A stretch of DNA of 64,000 nt. Origin: Narcine bancroftii. Its lineage: Eukaryota. Positions 53,930 to 64,000 of the stretch are shown here, piece by piece. Below the pieces are notes generated by a model. It searched no databases. It was given only the letters and a program-made list of their open reading frames with translations, and was not told the DNA's origin. Location of the stretch: assembly GCF_036971445.1 (NCBI RefSeq), contig NC_091475.1, forward strand, positions 1,426,001 through 1,490,000. Direction: 5' to 3'. The translations under genes and the position numbers were made by a program. The number at the start of each line of letters is the position of its first letter. Position 1 is the first letter of the stretch.

Positions 53930-55130
53930 GTCATCAACTAGCTCAGCCTTCAACACCATTATTCCCTCAGTGCTGGCCCAACCATCCATCCCCACCCCTG
54001 CAAATGGATCCTTGACTTCTTCATCGGAAGACCACAGTCGGTTCAAATTGGAAACGTCTCCTCCTCTCTGATGATCAACACAGGTGCACCTCAAAGTTGT
54101 GTGCTTGGCCACTGCTCTACTCCATCTACACTCATGGCTGTGTGCCAGGCACAATTCCAATTCAATCTACAAATTTGCAGATGTCACCACAATTGTCGGC
54201 AGATTCAGACGGGAATGGGGAAGCGTCCAGGAGGGAGATATAGATCAGCTAATTGAATGGAGTCATAATTACAATCTTGCACTGTGGCTGGAAAAGTGGA
54301 CTGGTCCCAACCACCGGTCCCCAAAACCCACTGCTGCAATTGGCCCTGACATCTCCCCATCCCTGCCACTGGTCCCTGACCACCTCTTCACCATAACCCA
54401 TCCAGACATTTTACAATTGTAAATAGTTAAAAAAAATAATTGTAGAGCTCAAGATCCCCGCTCTTGCCTGAAAGCCTGAGGCGATTTCTTCAATGCAGAA
54501 AGCACCACACCCAATGTTAAGAATAGACTCGCTGTCACCGACTTAAACTGCAGCCGATACTGAAGACTTGGACCCAGCTCCATTTGGCATCTTCCCGGCC
54601 AGAAGTAAAGATTTCAGGTTTTTTTGTTATTGTAATCACTTCTTGCTTAATTTACATATTTGTTACTTGGCAATTGGGGTGTTGTAACAAAGTTAAGGTT
54701 GTTGCTGGGAGGCCCGGAAATCAATCTCTAGCACCATCCTACCAGCTGCTCTGAGGCGTTGAGCAGAAAATTAGCAGGTTGTCTTAGACGACTGATGTGA
54801 GCTAAAACCATGAAACTCAGGCTGAATTTGGGGTCCCATCTTATCTGAAGGTCATCTTGTCTGCCAAAATATATAGTAATCTGGACGTTTGGAGGAAATC
54901 AGGAGAACATGAAGCAATCCTCCTCATCAGTCGAAGAGGATCAAGAAGTTCCAATTCCTGGGTCTCAACATCTCTGAAGATCTGTCCTGGGCCCTCCAGG
55001 TCGAGGCAATCACGAAGAAGGCTTGCCAGCGGCTAGGAGTTTGAGGAGATTCAGTACATCACCAAAGACTCTCATAATCATCTACAGGTGTACTACAAAT
55101 GGTATTCAGTCTGGTTGCATCACTGTCTGG
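53930..55130 (+). mobile_element. Interrupted Rex1/Babar-like LINE fragments
   Basis: Reads [19 protein letters not shown] and [10 protein letters not shown], then resumes at about 54890. Confidence 0.65.
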
Positions 55131-56039
55131 GATGGAGGTGCCTCACACAGATGTCTTCATAGATGACAGGTCAGAGTCCGAGATTGGCTTAACTAAGTTT
55201 GCAACTTTCTGCAGATTTCCACATTCATGGGCATATGAATTCCCAATCCAAGATGTGACGCAACCTGCAGAAGTATTCCACGACATGCCAAATCTTCTCA
55301 GATGTATTATAAAATAGTGTTGGCGTGCCTTCTTCGAGGTTATCTAATACACTAGCTCCAGGAAAGGTCCTCCATATGTGGACTCCCAGAAACTTCAAGC
55401 TACTAACCCTTTACTCTTCTAGCACATTTGTTTCAATGTACCAGAATGTATGTAGTTTGCTGCTGTACTCAATGCAGAGGATCTGTCAATATATTGTGGA
55501 TTGTTCCTTTTGATGTGAGTGCACATATACACAGAGGCTACACTGCAGGATACAAACCATGGGAAACATGGGATGCTTTGAATATTGATCAGTTCCTTTA
55601 CGTCTCCACACTTTTGCTATCACTCTGAAACAGGTTAAGCTTGGTCTTACCCGTGCACAAGATGTTTTTACAGAATTCTGCAGGCCCTTTTAAATACTTT
55701 ATGGCGAACTGTAATTGGGCCATCCTTTCTGCAGCATCTTGCTGTTTAGCCTCTGTATTTCTGTCCATGAAGTTGTCTGTGGGGAGTTCACACCTGCCTC
55801 CTGAAGAGCATATTCATGTTTTATTCCCACACCTTAGAGTTACAATGAAAACTGTGAACATTAGAGCCCCACAGGGCAGTGCTGAGATGGGGCTCGGTCA
55901 TGAGCCTGATGGCTGCAGGGAAGAAACTGCTTCCCTGGTTGCTGCTGAGAGTCTTTTCATACTCCAGATTTCCCAGCACGAGTTTTTCATACATGGGCCA
56001 CGAAGGCAGGTCAAAGCACTGAGGGGCATGAGGAGGCCA

Positions 56040-56660
56040 TGAACTGGGCACGGAGCTAGACCAGCGGGCCTCACCGGGCGACGCCTTTGGCGCGGAGCTG
56101 GGGCACGTTCGCGGCGCCTGCGTCACGGAGGCAAGTGCGTGGGCGCTGGGGCGAGGGACGTTGCTGCGTCACGGAGGCACGTGCATGGGCGCTGGAGCTC
56201 GTCGCTGCGTCACGGAGGCACGTGTGTTGGAGCCGGAGCACGTTGCTGCGTCACGGAGGGCGCTGGAGCCGCTGCCCCGGGGATCCGAGCCGAAACCCAA
56301 TTACCCAGCAGGCCTCTCGGTGACGTGTGGGCATGCGCGGGCGGGTGTCGCCGGGTTTCTGAAAGCGCCGGGTGGTGAGGGCGGCTGCGGGCAGAAATCC
56401 CGAGAAGAGAGGAAAATTCCCGGCGGACGGGGGAGCAGGTAGGTCGAGGCGGGCGTTACCTGCTGTGATGTGCCGAGCAGAGCGATACTGCGACTCGGCC
56501 CTTCAGCCGTGCTGCTTTTGAATGGGCTGAGGTGCCTGCACTTTCACTGGGCCCAAAGTAGATGGGAACCAAGGGCTTGTTCAAAGCATCAGGGAATCCA
56601 ACTGCACGAAGCGTCCGCCACTCGGTAAATCTCCGGGAATTGGAGCACGAGTGACGTTGT
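56040..56660. promoter_or_regulatory. CpG island, candidate promoter and first exon of a downstream gene
   Basis: CpG-dense with no transposon hallmark. Contains four TGCGTCACGGAGG units, CACGTG E-boxes, GGAAAATTCCC (kB-like) and a donor CAG|GTAGGT at 56438/56439. Confidence 0.6.
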
Positions 56661-56859
56661 GAATTGACCAATGTGGGTCATTCCAGATAAAGGGCACATT
56701 TTCTAAATTTCCTCTGAAGCCTTGGTGCCTAATCTCATCCTTAGGTGTCCATTTGACACTTATTTGATCCATTTTAACACCTGGAACAGAGGTGGGGGGG
56801 CTGGGGGGTTAATCTCACTACACCTTGAAGTGTAAAAATTACATAGGTTGGAATCTTCA

Positions 56860-58960
56860 GCAAACAGTGAGCTGCTGGGGGTGGGGGTGGGGGTGGGGGT
56901 GGGGGTGGGGGGGAGGGGGGAATACAGCAGGTCAGGTAGTGTCCATGGGGCATATAGGTCCATCATTGTTTTGGGCCAGTACCCTAAAGTGGAAAGCAGA
57001 TATGGGGTGGAAGAAGCTGGAGAGAGGCTAAGAGGTATTGGTCAGAAGGTGGGAGAGATGGTGAGACTAGTAGACAGTGAAACCTCTTGGCGGGCGGGCG
57101 GGCGGGGTGGGGGGGGGGGTGGGGGGGGGGAGGTTAGAGAATGGTAAGACCAGGAATAGTTAAAGAAGAGATGGAAGTGGGACATATTTAAAATTAGGAA
57201 AAAAAATGATATTCATACTATGTATTTAACATGTGTTTATGTTTGTGTTTGGCCTCACCCTGAGCATGAGGATAGGCATGTCTGTATGGGAATAGTAAAA
57301 GAAGTTGAAATGGTCAGCAAATGGGAGATTGAGTCTAGACTCACAGACAGTGCAGATATTTGGCAAACTGTTCACCCAATCTATGCCTGGCCTCACCAGT
57401 GCAGAGGAGATGACCCTGTGCACCAGGTGCAGAAAATGAGGTTGGATGATGTGCATGTGAACCTTTGCCTCAGCTGGAAGGTTTGTTGTGCTCCTGGATT
57501 GAGGTGAGATGGTAATGAAAGGACATTTTATATCATCTGTGATTATTGCAGAAGGTCCTGGAGGGTGAAAGGGTGGGTGGGAAGGAAAGGGGAGAGCAGG
57601 CAGTCTCAAAGACACTGATCCTCCAAATTTGGGTTGTAGTCCTGGATGCACATAGGGCCCCGCCACGCTGATCTTTTAGTCTGGAATGTGGATCAGTCAC
57701 TTTTCCGACACTTTCCACTTCAGGATATCTGAAATGTTCTCTTTAATAAACATGGATTTCCCCCAATGAAGCCCACACCTTTATCTCCTCCATACTTGGG
57801 TGGCACAGTGAGCATAATATTTAGCACAACATTATTACAGCACCAGTAACTCAGGTTGGAATCTCGCACCTTCTGTAAGGAGTTTGTATGTTCTCTCCAT
57901 GTCTAGGTCAGTTTCATCCAGGTGCTCCGGTCCCTCCCATCTTTCAAATCGTAAGAAGTTGTAGGTTAATTGGGATATTTGAATGGCATGAGCTCATGGG
58001 CCAGAAGGGCCTGTTACCATGCTGTATGTCTAAATTTAAATTCTCCCATCACCCACTTCTCCCCAAGCAGAATGAAGATAATCCCTTTAGACCTCACTTT
58101 CCACCCTATCAGCCTCTGCATCTGACATATTATCCTCCTGCACTCACGGCAATTTCTACATGAACTCACATCCAGCCACCTCTCCCCTACCCCATTCCTA
58201 TCTGGTCTTACCATGGATCTAGCTCTGAGATTCCCTGGTCTGCCCTTCCCTCTCCGTCCCTTTCCATGCCCTTGGGTACTTCTGCTGTAACCTCAGAAAG
58301 TGTAAAGCCCATCTACATCCACCATCCAAGGCCACAAGCAAGACTTCCAGGTGAAGCAGAACTTCCCAGGCACATAGTCCAACCTAATTTGCATTTAGCT
58401 TACTAGGCGTGGTCTCCTCTGCATTGGTGAGACCAAACATAAAGTGGGTAACTGCTTTGCCAAACACCTGTACTCTGTCTGAAGATTGAATTTTCAGTTG
58501 CCAGTCATTTCATTTCCTTTCACCATTCCCATACATATATATCTGTCCTCCGCCTCATTCACTGCTGTGGTAAGGCCAAGTGTAAACTTGAGGAACAATG
58601 CATCATATTCTTCCTGGCTTATTCCTGCCTTAAATGCAATGGCATGAACACTTTTTCTAATCCTAACTGGTACAACTGTTTCCAGCTCGTGAGCTACTCC
58701 CAGTCTTCTCTCTTTAACCTTTTATTTCTTTTCTCCACCCCCTCCCCTCCAGTGCTTTCTCTGTCTACCTGACTCTCTACCTCTCCCACCTTCTGTCCAA
58801 TACCCTATCACCTCTTGACCCCTCCCCAGCTTCTTCCACCCCTTGATATAGTTGATAATCTCCCCTACTCACTTTAGTCTTGATTAAAGGGTCACAACTT
58901 GGAATGTTGATTGACCATGGATGCTGACTGACATGTTGAGTACCTCTAGCAGCTCATTAT
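56860..58960. mobile_element. Two decayed Penelope-like (GIY-YIG) fragments in inverted orientation (- at about 56860-57520; + at about 57700-58960), with a SINE at 57797-58040
   Basis: Both arms give FQxxQxFTCTSSNLI.C...LLxIGET.H.LG..FAxHL-like broken translations, and their terminal segments are mutually reverse-complementary. Confidence 0.7.
56877..56920 (+). repeat. (GGGGTG)n G-rich repeat with G-quadruplex potential
   Basis: Directly visible; a second G tract lies at about 57090-57133. Confidence 0.85.
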
Positions 58961-59057
58961 TTCCTCGGATATCACTGCACTGTGTAGTTCAATGATCTTA
59001 CAATATTGTAAGGTGCCAGGTAGTGGCAAGTAGATCCAGTGCAAAATAGTAAACGTA

Positions 59058-59286
59058 AAGATTCCATTATTGTCATGTAATACTACATTTAGAGAATGTA
59101 GCCTACATGAAATTCTTTAACTTTTGTCCACCGTAAGGGAGACAGAGTCACCATTTTGTCCAGCACCCCTCACAGAAACCTGCAGTACCTGGTGTTACTA
59201 GGTAGTCTCCCCTTCAAGTACTGACCAGGTCTGAGCCTGCTCTACTCTGAGATCAGACAATCTCAGGCACATCCAGATTATTAGGC
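59058..59286 (-). mobile_element. 5S rRNA-derived SINE (SINE3-type) candidate; degenerate 5S head at 59176-59286
   Basis: 59176-59286 aligns by eye to the reverse complement of vertebrate 5S rRNA (gtctcccc.tcaagtact.accagg...gagatcagac). It is followed on the - strand by a ~115-nt body ending acatgacaataatggaatct. Confidence 0.75.
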
Positions 59287-60812
59287 TTCATTATTGTCAC
59301 ATAATACTACATTTAGAATGATCTATGCCTTTTTACAATAAAGTGTCTGGGACTGGATAAGCAAATATAAAAAATATATTGCATAAGAATAGGTTAGGAC
59401 AAATATAGGGGAACAGCTAACCAGCAGAAAAGAATTGGGATAAATGGATGATTTTTGCTTGGGGGGGGGGGGGTGGAATGAGAAAGTGGGTTTTGGAGCC
59501 GATTGGATTAACTTTAACTTCATTTAATGGCAGGGCAGGCTCGAAGTAAATGGCGTATTCCTGCTTTTTTCCATGTTTGCTGGAGACTGAATGAACAACT
59601 TCCATCCCATTTTTCTGTTTGGGGCAGCCCCAAAGTAAAACAGGTTACTTCACAGGAATGACCAGAATAATCATCCCAATCAGAATATGGCAAATCTCTG
59701 AATTTGTATCAATAGCAAAACTGATCATCGGAACCTCATAATGTTTCTTCGATTTTAACAGACAATAATAGATGTAATTAAGAGATTAAATATTTATCTT
59801 TATCTTCAAGTTGCACAAAGAGAATACATTAAATGTGTTGATCAGAAAGCATTGACAAAATAAAATGTCTTGTGTATAGATTTTGAGCATTTGCAACTGA
59901 TGACTCCATAGGGACTGCAGTTCAAAAAAATTAAGGAACAGTAGACAATTGACTAGTCTTTGTCCACTTGATTCGGTTTTGAATGTTGACTAGAATAGGA
60001 ATCTCCACACTTCAAATGGTGAGATATTTGAATTTTATGAAAAAGAAATGGAAGTAAGAGGGGGAAAAAAATCATTGTCCTTTATGAAAATGAATCCCTG
60101 AACTTGTTGATCTTAACCAATTTTCTGGTAGGAGTTGGATCAGTGGAGGGAAATTAACTGGAGTTCAATAATTCTGCTAGTTTTTGGTTGAGAACAGATT
60201 TCCGTCTGAAGCAGAAACTGTTTTTTTTCTATGCCCTGTATCTTGTAACAATACCCTGAACTGTAACTTATTGTAAGACTGCATTGTGCATTTCAAAATC
60301 AGAATTTGTCATGAACATGTCACAAAATCTGTTGTTTGTGACATTTTGTTTTATTATCGCTGCAACAAAGCAACAAATGTTGTGACGTGTTCATGACATT
60401 AAATTCTGATATTGCTCTGCCTGCTTAAGTAGAGTTGACTTGCTTGAATAGTATGTAAAACGGCTTTTCATTGTATCTTGGTACATGTGACAAACAATTT
60501 AATCCATCATTTTTAAGTTCAGCACTGGTGGGCTCAGGGAAGGTAAGTCAATAGAGCATTATCTCATTTTCTGTAACTGTAAATATCTAATATTACCTGT
60601 ATATAAACCTATTTCATTGTTGATCACCTCTTTTTGATGATGATGTTGAGGTTGTTCGGTGAGATCAGTTTGTCTTGCTGTTGTTCATGAGCTCAGGTTA
60701 TTTTTCACGGTTAAGTTAGAAACCTTCCTTGATTACATCCATGGTTTAGAGTTGTAGCATGTGCTGCTCACTGGAGTGTTCTGGTTCCATTATTGTTGTT
60801 CGCGAAGGTCCT

Positions 60813-62260
60813 CAGATTTCCGATTTATTATCCGAGTGCACACATGACATCACATTACAACCCTGAGATTTTTTTTGCTGTGTGGGCATGGCAGAATTAC
60901 CACTAATTGGTAGTGCAAAAAACTGTACACAGCAAATACATCTATACAAATAAAGAACTGTAAATAGATAATGAATGTAAACAAACTGCAATGCAGAGTG
61001 AAAAAAAAAGAAAATCAATGAAGTGCACAAATAAGAGTCTGATTGAGTTTGTTGTTGAGTTTGATGGTGGAGGAGTAGCAGCTGTTCCTGAACCTAGTGG
61101 CGCGAATCTTGAGGCACTGATACCTCTTTCCTGATGGCAGCAGCAAGAACAGAGCGTTTGCTGGGCGGTGAGGGTCCTTGATGATGGCTGCTGCTCTCTG
61201 ATGGCAGCGTTCCCTGTAGATGTTGTCAATGGTGGGGAGGGTTTTGCCTGTGATGTCCTGGGCTGTGTCCACTACCTTTTGGAGGGCTTTATGGTCAGGG
61301 GTATTTGTCCCCATACCAGACCATCATGCAGCCAGTTAGCCCACTTTCCACCATACCTCTAGAAATTTGCCAGGGTTTCTGGTGTCATACCAAACTTCTG
61401 CAAACGCCTGAGGGGCTGACATGTTTTCTTCACAATGCCATTGGTGTGTTGGGTCCAGGAAAGATCCTCCAAGATAGTGACTCCCAAGAACTTAAATGTG
61501 CCCACCCTCTCCATCTCTGATCCCCCAATGATCACTGGATTGTACATTTCTGGCTTTCCTTTCCTGAATTCAACAATCAGCTCCTTAGTTTTGGTGACAT
61601 TGAGTGCAAAGATGTTGTGGTGCACCATTCAGCCAAGTTTTCAATCTCCATCCTGTCTGCTGGCTCACCCCCCTTCCTTTATACAACTGTGGTATCATCA
61701 GAAAATTTGTAGATGGTGTTATTGTTATATCAAGCCACACAGTCGTAGGTGTTAAATGAAGGGGGCTAAGAACATAGCCCTGTGGTGCTCCAGTACTGAT
61801 GGAGATTGTCGAGGGGATGCTCTTACCAATCTTCATTGATTGTGGTCTGGAGGTGAGGAAATCCATGATCCAATCACACAGTGGGGTGTTAACTCCCAGG
61901 TCTTGGAGTTTGCTAATCAGTTTTGAGGGGATGATGGTGTTAAATGCCAAACTGATGTATGCATCTTTGCTGTCCAGGTGTTCCAGGGGTTTGAGTAGAG
62001 CCAGTGAGATGGCATCTGCCATTGATCTGTTGCACGATAGGTGAACTGGAATGTATCCATGTCATTGCACAAACAGAAGCTGATATGTTTTATCACCAGC
62101 CTTTCAAATGACTTCATCACTGTGATGTAAGGGCTACTGGTCAATAGTCATTAAGGCAGGTTACTACACTCTTCTTAGGCACTGATATGATTGAGGTCTG
62201 TTTGAAACAAGTGGGTACCACACCCTGCTGGAGTGAGATATTGAAGATACCATCTATGCC
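60813..62260 (-). mobile_element. Rex1/Babar-like LINE (RT to 3' tail)
   Basis: Reads [47 protein letters not shown] and LLPSGKRY. Confidence 0.85.
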
Positions 62261-63383
62261 TTGAACTTGGGGTTGGGAAGTGGAAGTTTCCTCCATGGGA
62301 TTTCTTTTAATCATGAGAATGTTATTGCCCACCAGCTGGCCGAGAAACTTAACAGACTGAGATCCAGGTTCAGGTTTTGGGGTCCTAGAACAACTTTATG
62401 TCAATGTTTTTAATTTGTCTTTTTTGTAATTTCTCAACCTCTGGATATTATGGGGACATGATATCAGAGTGGCCAGGACTGGATACTGAGTATTGCATGT
62501 TCCAAAAGTGTAAAGAGACAGTATTTTTAATCAAGGAAGGTGTCAGAGTGGTACTGAGTCATAATATAAAGGCATGGATAATAATGTAGAACCAGTTTTT
62601 GTTCATATCACAGCACGGAATAGAAGAAAGGAGCCCCTTTTACGTGACAGCTTTCCTCTGGCTTTTATATGCTTCACTTACTTGCTTGAATGCAGAAAAG
62701 GTGGATTGGCGGGTCCATTTCGCTCCCGTGTTTCCTCTGCCAAGGGACCTACTGTCAACGGTGGAGTGAAGACTCGCTGCGTCCTGTGTGCACTGATGAG
62801 CATTAAAACTGGTTTGAGAGGGGAATGGCTGATGATGTAGTGACGACATCCTCAGCCTGTGATCGAAGTGCGTGAATTTTAAAATTAAGAGACTTCCCAG
62901 TAAAGAAGTTGAGAACTCGGTGTCGAACTGTGATGTCGATCCTTTTCAAACGGTTTGAAATGTACATGAAGCACAGTATTCACCCAATTTCAGATGCAGG
63001 AGAAGGTATACAGCCAGTTTACCAATTAAATTTATTGCCAAAGTATTAACTAGTGGACTAGCAAGAGAGGGTGTTATGAGGTCAAGCAAAGCATTTTATA
63101 AATGCAAGTGTTTTTACAGCCAATCCTAACACAAATCATTGCAAATGATCGTGGACTTGGTCAAAATCATAATAAGTGATTCCCTTCCCGGCGTGTATGT
63201 TTACGTCACTGCAGAGGGCAGTGCTGCTGTGCCCCTTTTGCCCTGGGAAGCCGGCTCGCTACGTAAAAGGGCTCAATGATCCGCTTTCAGCGTGAAAACT
63301 GAATCCACCTTTCCAATTCTCCCTTTACATAGATCATGAATTGGGCAATAAGGCACTTCTCTATATAAAAACCTCCCCAGTTA

Positions 63384-63656
63384 CCCCTTTTACACAGTGA
63401 TCCCACTTAATTGGCACGTGAATGACCCGTCTTTCAAGTCAGCTCTTTCACACTGAACCAAGAAAAGCCGGGCCAGTGTGCCTTTTAGACAGGAGCGGAT
63501 GCGTTTCACATCGGCTCTGATGCTTCCTATCTTGGTGGGTAATACAAGGGATGAAAATGACACCCACCCCCTCCACCCCATCCTGCATTCGTTGCATTTG
63601 CACAGGTAAGTGAAGTGGTTAAAAGGTTCATTCTTTTAACAGCTGTGTCAAAGGGA
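63384..63656. mobile_element. PIF/Harbinger-like MITE candidate
   Basis: TIRs ccccttttacacag and ctgtgtcaaaggga, flanked by TTA and TAA. Confidence 0.55.
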
Positions 63657-64000
63657 TAAGTGAGAGTAAAGTGTGATCTCTCACTTGGGCAGAGAATAAA
63701 GTAAAATATATAGGACGTGTTTGAAAGGAACTGCATTTGTCATGGTTGATTTTAATGTAATTATTACTTGGACAAACCAAATTCTCAAGGCATCCCAATT
63801 TCCAAAATCCTATCTTATCCAAATTCTGTAATTAACAAAGGACGTCAAGGATAATGTTAAATTGAAAAGTACGACACACAAGGTTGGAGAAAGAGTGAAA
63901 TGTTTTTAGGGAACCAGCAGTGGAGACTTTGTTGTATAAACATCGCTAAAACTCCCAAATTGTTAGGATAGAAATACGATTGTGAAAATGTATTGTTTGC

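Noticed and set aside
59176-59286. Functional 5S rRNA gene
   Set aside because: It has many substitutions, a missing or altered 5' end and no T-run terminator, and it continues into a SINE-like body.

Overview
This is a repeat-rich vertebrate genomic window. Its SINE/LINE repertoire (HE1/V-SINE-like SINEs, CR1, Rex/Babar, L1, RTE, Penelope) suggests a cartilaginous fish, which is an inference. The only host gene I can support is TMEM39A on the + strand. It has 8 coding exons (5570-5682, 12904-13126, 14808-14891, 16830-16984, 27405-27732, 32094-32281, 33443-33563, 39694-39927), all with GT-AG introns and consistent phases, giving a 1446-nt CDS and a 481-aa protein. Nearly all ORFs in the supplied track are transposon fragments or chance ORFs. 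The rest of the window holds L1-clade LINEs (one young copy with a 15-bp TSD, one nearly full-length), a deleted Gypsy element, solo LTRs, a fossil hAT transposon, MITEs and SINEs. The most unusual items are a 72-nt two-part templated insertion inside the Gypsy pol, a near-perfect CpG-rich 19-bp minisatellite of about 69 units, and a 5S-rRNA-headed SINE. Also notable are a compound double-hairpin hAT MITE with a perfect 8-bp TSD and an orphan CpG island with tandem CRE/E-box units. I see no CRISPR array and no convincing novel multi-gene system. Boundaries of decayed repeats are approximate.
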